Shown here one piece after another: positions 25,892-34,724 of a DNA stretch of 37,134 nucleotides. The notes beneath the pieces were generated by a model, which saw nothing but the letters and a program-made list of their open reading frames with translations, was not told the origin of the DNA and did not search any database. The stretch spans positions 1 through 37,134 of IMG/VR virus record IMGVR_UViG_3300037851_001078; one strand, given 5' to 3'. How positions within the stretch are numbered: position 1 is the stretch's first letter; each line of letters opens with the position of its first letter. The stretch is from a virus (taxonomy: Duplodnaviria; Caudoviricetes). A program made the translations under genes and the position numbers.

Positions 25892-26302
25892 TTATTTGAA
25901 AGCTGGCAAGAAATGCTTTTCTAGAAGTTCTTGAAGCCCCTTGTCAAAATCTTCCTGTACTTTCTTAGAAGTAGCTGCTTTTTGTACCATCATCAACGGT
26001 TTGATTCCTTTGACGGACTTAACAACAATTTTGTGTCCACCAATCGTAAATGAAAGTGCTTTCTTGACTTTCGGGACAATCTTCTTTTTCTTTGGACCGT
26101 AGATTCCTGTTCCTTCATCAAGGTACTGAGAGTATTCTGCTTCATTGTAGATTATGTAAACCATCGGTTCTTCTTCGATTAGCTTCCAATTTCTTTTAAG
26201 ATTTCCAGACTGAACAGGTGAATTGTCTTCTAAGAATTTTACATACGTTTGAGTAATCAAAAGGTAGAGGTCTTTCTTAAACTCAGCTGTTAGTAGTACC
26301 AT
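25892..26302 (-). CDS. HK97 gp10-like neck/tail completion protein
   Basis: SPVQSGNLKRNW...EYSQYLDEGTGIYGP...ALSF...VKSVKGIKP. Confidence 0.85.
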   Translation of the reverse strand: MVLLTAEFKKDLYLLITQTYVKFLEDNSPVQSGNLKRNWKLIEEEPMVYIIYNEAEYSQYLDEGTGIYGPKKKKIVPKVKKALSFTIGGHKIVVKSVKGIKPLMMVQKAATSKKVQEDFDKGLQELLEKHFLPAFK

Positions 26303-26461
26303 TTACGTCCTCTTTCTAAAAACACAAGTCCACGTCTTATTTGATGGAGTCAAAACTTGAAACAATTCCCAGCCTTCAGTTCCTTTCTGATTGCATAAAT
26401 CTTTTAGCTGAGATTCATCTTTATTTGTCCAAGTTATGACATCGTATTGATATCCTGCCAT
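26303..26461 (-). CDS. 52-aa DUF4177-like protein (not in the ORF track)
   Basis: MAGYQYDVITWTNKDESQLKDLCNQKGTEGWELFQVLTPSNKTWTCVFRKRT*, matching YxY...N..G.EGWEL...F+R; TAATG coupling. Confidence 0.7.
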   Translation of the reverse strand: MAGYQYDVITWTNKDESQLKDLCNQKGTEGWELFQVLTPSNKTWTCVFRKRT

Positions 26462-26727
26462 TAGTCATCAACTCCGTTTGTTTGAATTGCAGATGTCTTA
26501 TGATTGCTAATCCAATCAGCAAGATTTGTTTGAAGTAAGACTTTGTCATCTGCAACGAATGTTGGAGAATCTAAAATCATCTGAGTCGGAAGATACGTTA
26601 TGTATGCATCTAGTCCATCTAACAAGTAGATTTGCCATCTGTTCGAAAATTCGTGATAACGAAATTCCAATCCTTCAACTACATGCTTATTTAGGATTTC
26701 TGACCAAGTCATTTGTACGTTTGCCAT
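26461..26727 (-). CDS. Hypothetical 88-aa protein
   Basis: GGAGGAG SD before ATG 26727. Confidence 0.7.
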   Translation of the reverse strand: MANVQMTWSEILNKHVVEGLEFRYHEFSNRWQIYLLDGLDAYITYLPTQMILDSPTFVADDKVLLQTNLADWISNHKTSAIQTNGVDD

Positions 26728-26728
26728 C

Positions 26729-27919
26729 TTAAATCTCCTCCTCATAGAAACCAACCATTGTCGCAGAAACCTCACCAGCGTTAGCAGACCTGTTCTGAAC
26801 TGTAATCGTAATAAATTGCGATGAAAACAGTTTCATTGGCGTTTCTAGAGGAATATTTGCTGTTCCAGGTTTTTGAATGAATGCAACTAGAACTCTGTCA
26901 ACAGCGTCGTAAGTAATTTGAATTGTCTTTCCATTTATTACGTTGTTGTTTCCTGTCCATCTCAGGATACTTTTCGTATCATCCGTTGGGTCATCAAGAA
27001 TTAAGAATCCAGTCGTAAGAACTCCGTTGACAGTTACTGAGTACTTAATTCCTTCTAATGGTATTGATTGATAATCAAGCAATTTATCTTGGCTTGTTGT
27101 TCCTGTCCAAGTTTCAACTCTCAGCCGTTGTATTCCTCTGTACATAATCAGTTTTGCATCAAGCTCTGAAGCACCAATAACTTGAGAGATGAACCACGTT
27201 TGTTTTGCAGTGACATTTCTATCTACAAACACAGTTTCTGCAGCAGTTGCAAGGTTTTTCAGAATGTTGATGTAAATCGGGTTCTCTGATTTGATGACAG
27301 ATGAAACTTCTCCCTGAACTCCTAGAACTCCTATACGATTATCTGTCAATGATGGAGTAATCACTGCAGTTTTTGAACGTCGTATGATTCTATCTTGAAA
27401 ATCAGAATCAAGCATATATGTTGCTGGTGGAGAACCAGTCATCGTAATCAAAACATCTCCAATCAAAGGAGCTTCTCCTCTCTCTCCTTCAAGTTTTGCG
27501 ATTATGAATACGATTTCATTAAACACTTTTGCAAACCATTTTGTCGTAAATAGCGAATTTGCATTAAGTGCAGCTGCAATATGCTTTGCTAATTCGTATT
27601 TGTCAGTATCAAGTGCTGTAACTGTATACGTCACATCTCCACTTGCACCGCCTTGAATACGATATCTTATCGTTCCGCCGATACTTCCTACAGTTTGCCA
27701 AAGTACCCAGTGGTCAGCAAAGTTGTCATAACCGAATGTCTCTTCAATTGTGACAATCGAATCCGTTTTTAGCCTTCCATCTTGTGTAACAATGGCAGCG
27801 TATGCAGGATTCGTCCCATCAACAAGTCGTCCATTTGTATTCACTGAGCCATTTGTTTCGACTTTCAGTGAACTATCTGAAGACTCATCATAAACTGTAA
27901 CATCCTGTGTCTTTGCCAT
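26729..27919 (-). CDS. Putative head/neck fibre protein, paralogue 3
   Basis: N-terminal beta repeats (LKVETNGSVN, AIVTQDGRLK) and C-terminal ITVQNRS...SATMVG shared with the 28081 and 28998 ORFs. Confidence 0.55.
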   Translation of the reverse strand: MAKTQDVTVYDESSDSSLKVETNGSVNTNGRLVDGTNPAYAAIVTQDGRLKTDSIVTIEETFGYDNFADHWVLWQTVGSIGGTIRYRIQGGASGDVTYTVTALDTDKYELAKHIAAALNANSLFTTKWFAKVFNEIVFIIAKLEGERGEAPLIGDVLITMTGSPPATYMLDSDFQDRIIRRSKTAVITPSLTDNRIGVLGVQGEVSSVIKSENPIYINILKNLATAAETVFVDRNVTAKQTWFISQVIGASELDAKLIMYRGIQRLRVETWTGTTSQDKLLDYQSIPLEGIKYSVTVNGVLTTGFLILDDPTDDTKSILRWTGNNNVINGKTIQITYDAVDRVLVAFIQKPGTANIPLETPMKLFSSQFITITVQNRSANAGEVSATMVGFYEEEI

Positions 27920-28076
27920 CTTTTATCCTCTGTTCGAACCACTCCTTTTGCTTTTCGAGTTCTTCGATTTTTGCTTGTATCTTTGGGTCTTGAGTTTTGA
28001 ACAAGTCGAACCTCAGACCTGAAATTTTTGCATCTAATCTAGCAACTTCAACTTTGTAGGAGTGTCTCAACACCAT
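27888..28076 (-). CDS. Small coiled-coil protein
   Basis: 62 aa with a heptad pattern, located between fibre paralogues. Confidence 0.65.
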   Translation of the reverse strand: MVLRHSYKVEVARLDAKISGLRFDLFKTQDPKIQAKIEELEKQKEWFEQRIKDGKDTGCYSL

Positions 28077-28080
28077 CTAC

Positions 28081-28830
28081 TTATACACCTCTAATCAGTG
28101 TTGCGAACCCAGTGAAGTCGCTTGTTGGAGTTGCAGCTTTTTCTCTGTTTGTTGCTTGAACAAGTAATGTTTCACCACTTGAAACTAGCAAGCTATCTGG
28201 AATGTCCATTGTCTGCGTTGGGTTTGACGGTGTAGTCCAAAATTCAAGTATCGTTGCTTCTGAACCAGTTGTTCCAAACTTCACAGTCCATTGACATAAT
28301 CCTGCACCTGATACAACAATTGATTTGAATCTTTCATCGCTAGATGGCGAATGAGTAACAATTGTTGTTGGAGTATCTTTGATACAGTTTGCGTTTCCTG
28401 GAATGTATACGCTGTCACCAGCACCAACGATGTTTACGTTGATTGAGCCATCTGTATTCACTGCGATGAACTCAGTTCCATCTCCAACTTTCACGCTATC
28501 ACTTACGTGAGTCAAATCTCTGATATCGAAATCAGATGCAAATACTTTGATTTGACCTGCAGAATCAACAAGAACTGGTGTTTGTGTTGTTCCACCATCT
28601 GTAGTACCGTAGATAAGCACTCCTGATGTATCTGGGTCTAGCTCAACTGAAATCGTAAGTCCAGTTGCATCTACAATGTCAACTTTCAGGCCTCCACTTG
28701 TTGCATCCACTTCCAGTGGTGCCCAAGCAGTTCCTTTTTTCACCGCTACCGGTGCAAGACCGTCCGTGCTTAGAATTGTATCAGTATCAAGCACAGGTCC
28801 TTTTACAATTTGTGCAAATTCATCTGCCAT
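28081..28830 (-). CDS. Putative head/neck fibre protein, paralogue 2
   Basis: Repeats LEVDATSGGLKV, VLVDSAGQIKV and IAVNTDGSINV; C-terminal VQATNRE...ATLIRG; AGGTGA SD. Confidence 0.55.
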   Translation of the reverse strand: MADEFAQIVKGPVLDTDTILSTDGLAPVAVKKGTAWAPLEVDATSGGLKVDIVDATGLTISVELDPDTSGVLIYGTTDGGTTQTPVLVDSAGQIKVFASDFDIRDLTHVSDSVKVGDGTEFIAVNTDGSINVNIVGAGDSVYIPGNANCIKDTPTTIVTHSPSSDERFKSIVVSGAGLCQWTVKFGTTGSEATILEFWTTPSNPTQTMDIPDSLLVSSGETLLVQATNREKAATPTSDFTGFATLIRGV

Positions 28831-28842
28831 CGTATTTCACCT

Positions 28843-28995
28843 TTATATCTCCTCTAAGCTCCGTTTCAGGTTTTCAATCGAATCTGAAATCTTTTGCTTT
28901 TCCTCATCTAGTTCAAGTAATCGAACTTCGAGTTTTTTGATATTGAATTTTGTCTCCAATATCTTCAGTTCTTTTTTCTCGTCAGCGAGTCCCAT
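28843..28995 (-). CDS. 50-aa coiled-coil protein (not in the ORF track)
   Basis: MGLADEKKELKILETKFNIKKLEVRLLELDEEKQKISDSIENLKRSLEEI*; starts at AAAAATG and fills the gap exactly. Confidence 0.75.
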   Translation of the reverse strand: MGLADEKKELKILETKFNIKKLEVRLLELDEEKQKISDSIENLKRSLEEI

Positions 28996-28997
28996 TT

Positions 28998-29600
28998 TTA
29001 TTGTACCGTCCCAAAGATTGTGGCATCAAAACTTCGCGTTTTGTTTCCTTCATTTGTAACTTTTATGTCAACAACATCACCAGCTACTGCTTTGAATGGT
29101 GACGGAAACGAAATTGCTGCACTTCTGCTGCTTCCACTTGTTCTCCAAGAAGCACGAGTAATGCCGTTGATTTGAAATTCGAAGTATCCGTATTCATCAC
29201 CAGTCAATGTTGCACCAGTGAAGTTAAATTCCTCAGAAACAGGAACAGTGTGCGTAACAATTACTGCAGATGCTGATGCAGCAACCATCGATGTTCCAAA
29301 CTTGTCAAATGGATTTGTCAGAACAATTGTTTCAGCAGAAACAAGAAGTCGTCCATTAGCATCAACAATTGCTCGTTGATTTGTTGTTGCATCTTTTATC
29401 TCAACTGCGCCTATTTGAATGTCAGAAACCTCTAAATCTGCCTTGACAGGCATTGGATTTAAGTCGCTCCAAGGAGCTCCAGTTCCGTCCACAGAAATAA
29501 CTGCTTTTGCTTTAGGAGCATCTCTATGTTCATCTTTTTCTATGTTCCACTTATCTACAGTGTCTCTGTGAAAATCATAGTCGTTAGGAATGATTGCCAT
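28998..29600 (-). CDS. Putative head/neck fibre protein, paralogue 1
   Basis: IGAVEIKD...AIVDANGRLLV repeat and C-terminal IKVTNEG...ATIFG. Confidence 0.55.
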   Translation of the reverse strand: MAIIPNDYDFHRDTVDKWNIEKDEHRDAPKAKAVISVDGTGAPWSDLNPMPVKADLEVSDIQIGAVEIKDATTNQRAIVDANGRLLVSAETIVLTNPFDKFGTSMVAASASAVIVTHTVPVSEEFNFTGATLTGDEYGYFEFQINGITRASWRTSGSSRSAAISFPSPFKAVAGDVVDIKVTNEGNKTRSFDATIFGTVQ

Positions 29601-29644
29601 TTTTATATGTATGAATTAATTTCTTATATTTAAAAACTTAATTA
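29598..29644 (-). promoter_or_regulatory. Class B promoter (identical to 25399-25445)
   Basis: 47/47 identity with 25399-25445. Confidence 0.85.
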
Positions 29645-29693
29645 CGAGATTTGACCAGAGTTGAATCATCTATCGTTAGAAATGGGATAATAC

Positions 29694-29733
29694 AAAAAAG
29701 AAAAAAGAATGGTCCAGAATCTCTTCTGGACCA
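29694..29733 (-). terminator. Hairpin plus U-tract terminator after the capsid operon
   Basis: 10-bp stem TGGTCCAGAA/TTCTGGACCA with a 4-nt loop, then TTCTTTTTTCTTTTTT on the - strand. Confidence 0.8.
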
Positions 29734-29742
29734 CCTTTAGAT

Positions 29743-30096
29743 TTACAAGAGCAAAACTCTTACCAGAGCGCCAGTCCCTGTGGAAAGTGCTTTCCCAACA
29801 ATCATATCTTCTGTGTCAGTTCCCTGCACATATTTTACAACTGTCGAGTTTGCACCAGCCTTAACAAGGTCGCCAGCAGTTACTGTTCCACTTGCCATAA
29901 GGTTTACTTCAACCTTTGTGATAACAGCAACCTTCTCCTTTAGAGCAAGACTTGCATTTGCGTAAGCTACGCCTAACACCTTCTTGGAACCAGCTGCAGA
30001 TTCTGCAACTGTACCATCACCAGTGATTTCTAGAAGCATACCAGCCAAAACATCAGCTGATACGTTCATTGGTACGTTGTTGTTTGTGTATACCAT
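29743..30096 (-). CDS. Capsid decoration/cement protein (DUF2190-like)
   Basis: AG.L......V.......LGVA...A.....VAV...ASG.V.AGDLV...VGKAL......VRVLL; adjacent to the MCP gene. Confidence 0.8.
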   Translation of the reverse strand: MVYTNNNVPMNVSADVLAGMLLEITGDGTVAESAAGSKKVLGVAYANASLALKEKVAVITKVEVNLMASGTVTAGDLVKAGANSTVVKYVQGTDTEDMIVGKALSTGTGALVRVLLL

Positions 30097-30098
30097 TT

Positions 30099-31196
30099 TT
30101 ATGCCTCCAGGTTGCAGATTGCTTTAGGATAAAGCGTTGCCTGCCCAGTGCTCATAATAAGCACAACTTCTTTGTCGTATGGTCTCCCTGGAATTTGTCC
30201 TTCGAATGACTCAACATCGCTCTCAGGTACGTATGCAACCGCGTAATTCTTATCAATTACGAAGCCTCTGACGTTGCCTGTTGGGATGAATGGTGTTACA
30301 ACCATTTTCATTCTGCTGAACCATTCAATTTGTCTATCCACTGCGTTTGGTTCACCAGGAGCAATTACTGCGTATTGCACGTGGCTCTTCCAATCCTGAG
30401 ATTTCTTCAGAGTTGCCTCTGCGTCGTAGCTCAGGAAAACGTGTGTAGCAACGAAGCCGTATGGGATTCCTTTGCTGTCCTTAGCACCATTGACTTTCTT
30501 CCTTGCATCAATGATTGAGTTGTAAGCTGCGTTTGCTGCATCGTATCCTGTTACGGAATCACCAGCAGTAGCAACAATACCTGCAACGATGTCAGATGCA
30601 ATCTTTCTATAGATAGCATTTGAAGCGTTGTTCATCAGCCATTGTAAGATGCTTGGTAGTGCTCTCTTCTGTGTTCTCCAAGTGATTGATGTTCCGCAAG
30701 CAACTGGTCTTGGTTTTACATCAACTTCGGTAACACCTTCGTCGAACTTGTTCACGACCTGACCTTCTGCAACTTCATACGCGACAGTTGGCTGTCCGAT
30801 TGGGATTTGCAGTGAGCCAAAGCCTCCACCAGAGTTCTTTAGGTCGTCAAACACAATCACTGCATCAAGGACGTCCTGTAGCTGTGCGTAAGCAGCAGTT
30901 ATAATTGTCCTGTAAAGCAATTTGGTGTATGCACCTGTGGTGTTGCTTGTTGTCAAATCTTCCTTGAAAGTTCCCTGTGAGTATGCCTCGATGAACTTTT
31001 CACCAAGAGATTCTTTTAGGGTAACTCCCTTCTTGTTGGATGCGATACCGCACTCCTTAAAGAGTGCATCCTTCATAGGATGACCCTTAATTTCCATTGC
31101 CTCAGCAATGAGCTTTCCGAATGACTCGGCAGCCTTTTCTCCGAATCTGGTCACGTTGTGGCCAGAGGAGCTGTAACTTGGGTTTACTTTTACCAT
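30099..31196 (-). CDS. Major capsid protein (HK97 fold)
   Basis: 365 aa after the scaffold; LQIP...AYEVAEG motif and C-terminal P.AI; N-terminal propeptide-like segment. Confidence 0.88.
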   Translation of the reverse strand: MVKVNPSYSSSGHNVTRFGEKAAESFGKLIAEAMEIKGHPMKDALFKECGIASNKKGVTLKESLGEKFIEAYSQGTFKEDLTTSNTTGAYTKLLYRTIITAAYAQLQDVLDAVIVFDDLKNSGGGFGSLQIPIGQPTVAYEVAEGQVVNKFDEGVTEVDVKPRPVACGTSITWRTQKRALPSILQWLMNNASNAIYRKIASDIVAGIVATAGDSVTGYDAANAAYNSIIDARKKVNGAKDSKGIPYGFVATHVFLSYDAEATLKKSQDWKSHVQYAVIAPGEPNAVDRQIEWFSRMKMVVTPFIPTGNVRGFVIDKNYAVAYVPESDVESFEGQIPGRPYDKEVVLIMSTGQATLYPKAICNLEA

Positions 31197-31208
31197 CTTG
31201 TTGTCCTC

Positions 31209-31961
31209 TTATCTCAGTTTGAACAGTTCTTTGAAGTCGCCCTTCTTGGATTTCTCCATGACTGGCTCCTTTTTCTCGTCTGTTTCTTCTGTCTCACCAT
31301 CAGCACTCTCGGCCATAACTGGTGGTTCAGGTAGCTCTTCCTTCTTGATGTCGCTCTCTTCCTCTTCAGCACCTTCTTTTTCTTTCTCTTCAGGTTGTGC
31401 TTCCGGAGCTACATCAGCCGGTTTAGAACTATCATCTTTAGCAGGCTCAGCTTGTTCTGCTTTCATGTCCTTGCCAGAAAATGCTTCCATTTTCTTATCA
31501 AGAGCATCTAGTTTTTCCATCACTTGTTTCAGTGTTGGTTCTTGTTCCGCGCTCTTTGCATCAGACGGTGCCTCTTCCTGCATTGGTTTTTTGTCCTTTG
31601 CATCATCAGCATCGGCATCTGCATTTTCGCGAACTTCCTCGCCCTTTGGTGTTGGATTGGTTTTATTGCCTTCCTCTGCTTTCGCAGGTGAATCAGCAAT
31701 TGCTGAAGCCTCTCCAGCCTCTACAATGGGTTCGGTTTTCATCTCGTCAGATTTCATTGCCTTATCAAGCTCATCTACCTTCACTTCACCAGCAAGCACC
31801 TGTTCCTTAAGTTGTGATAATGACCCAACTTTAAAGGACTCGAGGATTTTACTAGCTTTTAGGTAGGTGACCTTATTCAGCTGCTCTTCGAATTTTTGAA
31901 AAGCGGATTCTCTGAACAAGACGCTTTCCTTGAAAGCTTGTTTCACTTTTTTCGAATCCAT
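31209..31961 (-). CDS. Capsid scaffolding protein
   Basis: Highly acidic, low-complexity E/K/A/P protein immediately upstream of the MCP gene. Confidence 0.75.
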   Translation of the reverse strand: MDSKKVKQAFKESVLFRESAFQKFEEQLNKVTYLKASKILESFKVGSLSQLKEQVLAGEVKVDELDKAMKSDEMKTEPIVEAGEASAIADSPAKAEEGNKTNPTPKGEEVRENADADADDAKDKKPMQEEAPSDAKSAEQEPTLKQVMEKLDALDKKMEAFSGKDMKAEQAEPAKDDSSKPADVAPEAQPEEKEKEGAEEEESDIKKEELPEPPVMAESADGETEETDEKKEPVMEKSKKGDFKELFKLR

Positions 31962-31962
31962 C

Positions 31963-32286
31963 TTATTTTCTCCGATTTTTTGTTATGGGTTTCTGTACTG
32001 GAACGTCCGCGTTCTCCACTACAGGATTTGTACCATCTTTGGTTTCACTAGAAGTTTCTGCATTAGCAGTTGAGTTCGTAGAAGTATCAGATACGACTTT
32101 CATCGCAGATTGTTGGTCAACAATTTTTCCGAGTTCCTCGGTTTTGTTGCTTTCAACTAACTTTATGTAGTCTTTTACTAACTTTGTTTCCATCCAATCA
32201 GGATGTCTTTGTTTCATGTGTGCAATCACAAGTTCATTTGTACTGAACGATTGTGCGCAAACTAAGCATTTTTGTTGATTTGCCAT
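31963..32286 (-). CDS. C2H2 zinc-finger protein
   Basis: CLVCAQSFSTNELVIAHMKQRH = C-x2-C-x3-F-x8-H-x4-H. Confidence 0.75.
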   Translation of the reverse strand: MANQQKCLVCAQSFSTNELVIAHMKQRHPDWMETKLVKDYIKLVESNKTEELGKIVDQQSAMKVVSDTSTNSTANAETSSETKDGTNPVVENADVPVQKPITKNRRK

Positions 32287-32310
32287 TGTTTATGTGCGAA
32301 TGAATCACCG

Positions 32311-32326
32311 TTATTTATAAATTTAA
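32311..32326 (-). promoter_or_regulatory. Class B-like promoter of the capsid operon
   Basis: TTAAATTTATAAATAA; TATA at 32314-32321, 28 nt from ATG 32286. Confidence 0.7.
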
Positions 32327-32330
32327 TCAT

Positions 32331-32648
32331 TTATGCGTCTTTCGCACTTTGCTTATTTTTCTGATACAGATTATTCAGAAAATACAGTGCAATGCCTAAA
32401 ATGACGGGATTTTTGAAGAGCTTGATTAGCTCTGATTTAACGGTGTCGAACACTCCCTCCTTCATTATGTTTTCTTTTATCTCTTGTGGAATGATAGTTG
32501 ATTCGTCAGCAAATGTGCCGCCGAAAGAGCTGTAAATGTATGTCACTCTTGACCAATCTTTGATTGTTTGGGGGTTTTGGCCATAGAGCTTAGTAAATTC
32601 GACAATTGCTTCGTCCCAAAGCTTCCTATTTAATGCCAGACCCGTCAT
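32331..32648 (-). CDS. Hypothetical head-associated protein
   Basis: ATGA overlap with the protease gene; LW.EA...W..V..IY...GG N-terminal domain and a hydrophobic C-terminal helix. Confidence 0.7.
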   Translation of the reverse strand: MTGLALNRKLWDEAIVEFTKLYGQNPQTIKDWSRVTYIYSSFGGTFADESTIIPQEIKENIMKEGVFDTVKSELIKLFKNPVILGIALYFLNNLYQKNKQSAKDA

Positions 32649-33805
32649 TTTTGCTCCTCCGGTTTAGCATACTTAGCTTCCATTTCAGCTAAGTGGTCGT
32701 AATACATCGGGTCTTCCTTGAGATGGTCCTCAGCAATCATTCGAAAGAAGTGCTCTTTCGGCGGCAATTTGCCCTTTGTTGCTAGTTCCGTCGCAATCCA
32801 ATTGTATGTACTCTCGTGTTCCTCCTCAACCGCAATCCCTTTGGCTGATTGTAAATCCACAATTCCCACTTGGATTTGGTCCATAGTTATCGAAGGTCCC
32901 TCAATTGCTTCCTTGAGCGCCTCCTTAAACATTTCGGACATCCTCGCTTCCTCTTCAACTTTTAGTTCTTCACAAGCAGAATTGTAAAGCTCGTCGCTTT
33001 GTTCATCAGTGATGTCGAATGATTCATCAATTCCTTGAAGTTCGTGTTCGATTTTGTTTTTAGAAATAGCTTCTTTTGCAGTTGTATCGTATCCTTGTTT
33101 CTTCTCATCAGATTCATCTTCTTTGTCAGCAGATGAAGTAACTTGAGGGTCCATATTTACGTTATCTGTTCCAACCAATTTCTTTCCTATTGCACCACTT
33201 ACGTTTGATGATGTCGCATCCTCTGCGTATTTTGCTTTTAGACGTTGATTTGCCTGATTTACTGCCTCAGCAAGTGCAATTTGAAGTGAATTAGCTCCCT
33301 TCACTCCATTTACTGGAACGAATGAAACTTCATACACATCAGTTGGTTTGGCGTATGTAATGTCCTGACCTTGTTCTTCAATAACTTCTCTTTCACCATC
33401 AACTTGTAGTGAAACATTGTTGAGGAATCCAGGTAGAATTTCCTCGAGAACTCTTTGTTTGTAGCCATTCAAAAGACCTTCAACAACTAATCCTTCCGGA
33501 GTATCATAGGTCTTTGTAATGATTCCAAGCTGGTCAGCTTCATCATCGTCAATGATGTGATTGTACATCACAGGAATCCCATTGTTCTGCTTCACCGCAG
33601 ATTGGAATTGTTTGATTGACGCTTCACGATTGTATCTGACGCCGTTTCGAGAAATTATGGACCATTCATTGTCAAGTGCGGGGTCCCACACAAGAACTTT
33701 TGCCTTGAAAGAATACTTTTTTCCCTTTTCTGCCTGAACGCTTTCGATTAGATGGATTGGGATGGCATCTATCCATTCAGGTGACTTGATAGTTGTAGCA
33801 TCCAT
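32645..33805 (-). CDS. Prohead maturation protease with an acidic extension and C-terminal DUF5661-like domain
   Basis: SRNGVRY...P.MYNH...LG...GL.VEG...VSL...EVSFV gives the assemblin-like His/Ser pattern. The C-terminus reads G..VE.EH...IA.DHL.EDP.YY..L..ME. Confidence 0.8.
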   Translation of the reverse strand: MDATTIKSPEWIDAIPIHLIESVQAEKGKKYSFKAKVLVWDPALDNEWSIISRNGVRYNREASIKQFQSAVKQNNGIPVMYNHIIDDDEADQLGIITKTYDTPEGLVVEGLLNGYKQRVLEEILPGFLNNVSLQVDGEREVIEEQGQDITYAKPTDVYEVSFVPVNGVKGANSLQIALAEAVNQANQRLKAKYAEDATSSNVSGAIGKKLVGTDNVNMDPQVTSSADKEDESDEKKQGYDTTAKEAISKNKIEHELQGIDESFDITDEQSDELYNSACEELKVEEEARMSEMFKEALKEAIEGPSITMDQIQVGIVDLQSAKGIAVEEEHESTYNWIATELATKGKLPPKEHFFRMIAEDHLKEDPMYYDHLAEMEAKYAKPEEQK

Positions 33806-33814
33806 ATTAGTGTT

Positions 33815-33840
33815 TTAATTTCCAATATTTATAAACTTAA
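33815..33840 (-). promoter_or_regulatory. Class B promoter
   Basis: TAAGTTTATAAATATTGGAAATTAA; TATA at 33828-33835, 23 nt from ATG 33805. Confidence 0.8.
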
Positions 33841-34434
33841 TTATGATTTGACGATTTTCTCATCAGAATCGTCAGGAAAGTCATCAGCTTTCACTGAATC
33901 AATCAATTCCTGAGCCAAATGCAATTTAGGAGGATTTGCATCGGCTGGTAGCTTTGGTGGCTCAGGAATTTTCATAAAATCAGGAGGAGATGGAGGAGTT
34001 GGAAGTGGAGGAAGCTCAGAAGGAGGCATTGTAATCGATGAAATTCCTTGTTCTTGACATTTTGTTTCAAGTTCGTGTGTTTTTTCTTCTCTTTTTCTAA
34101 ATGCAACTCTCAATTCTGCTTCGTACGTCGAAGGAGTTGTCGAAGCATTAATGAAGTAAATCAATGCAAACAATAGCAGTAGCTTTGGAATTGCCCAAAG
34201 CAGAGGATTCATAAGAACAATTGAAATCGACGAATTGTGAAAGTCGAAATAAGCAGTAACTCCAAAGTAGACGTTCTCAACAAGTAATGCAACCAACAGA
34301 CAATAAACGGATTTTATCATCTTTGTTTTATGCATCTTCAGATACGCCTTTCTATACAGAAAAACTGCTATTGTATTGAAAGCCATCAAGAAAATGTATG
34401 TGGCAATCAAAAGTGCATGTCCAGTATCTTGCAT
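33841..34434 (-). CDS. Membrane protein with 3 predicted TM helices and a Pro-rich tail
   Basis: Three hydrophobic stretches, then PPSELPPLPTPPSPP. Confidence 0.75.
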   Translation of the reverse strand: MQDTGHALLIATYIFLMAFNTIAVFLYRKAYLKMHKTKMIKSVYCLLVALLVENVYFGVTAYFDFHNSSISIVLMNPLLWAIPKLLLLFALIYFINASTTPSTYEAELRVAFRKREEKTHELETKCQEQGISSITMPPSELPPLPTPPSPPDFMKIPEPPKLPADANPPKLHLAQELIDSVKADDFPDDSDEKIVKS

Positions 34435-34437
34435 TTT

Positions 34438-34713
34438 TCATCCTACTGCGACGTACTTAATTGCCTCTTTATATCCCATAATCACTAGAATTATGATAAG
34501 CAATGCAAGTATCAGCCACCAGTACCTCCCAGTTAGTAGTTGTATTTGCTCAGAGATTTTCGTGTGTTCTGAACTGTTTTTTTCTGCGTGCAGAATGTTG
34601 TGGTCATTCAACGTCTTTAGATTATCCTGAATTGCAACCATCGATATTGCAATATTCTTATTTGCTTCACGCAGTTCGCCAATCGCTTGCATCATTAAAT
34701 CGTCTTTTGTCAT
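34438..34713 (-). CDS. Coiled-coil protein with a C-terminal TM helix (XhlA/holin-like architecture)
   Basis: Helical N-terminus followed by WWLILALLIIILVIMG. Confidence 0.65.
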   Translation of the reverse strand: MTKDDLMMQAIGELREANKNIAISMVAIQDNLKTLNDHNILHAEKNSSEHTKISEQIQLLTGRYWWLILALLIIILVIMGYKEAIKYVAVG

Positions 34714-34724
34714 TTGAAAAACCT

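Noticed and set aside
31198-31866. 222-aa + strand ORF and other antisense or overlapping ORFs in the track (e.g. 584-910, 3446-3799, 9508-9858, 28676-29059)
   Set aside because: They are shadows of well-supported genes, with Ser/Phe-rich composition mirroring the Glu/Lys codons of the real strand.
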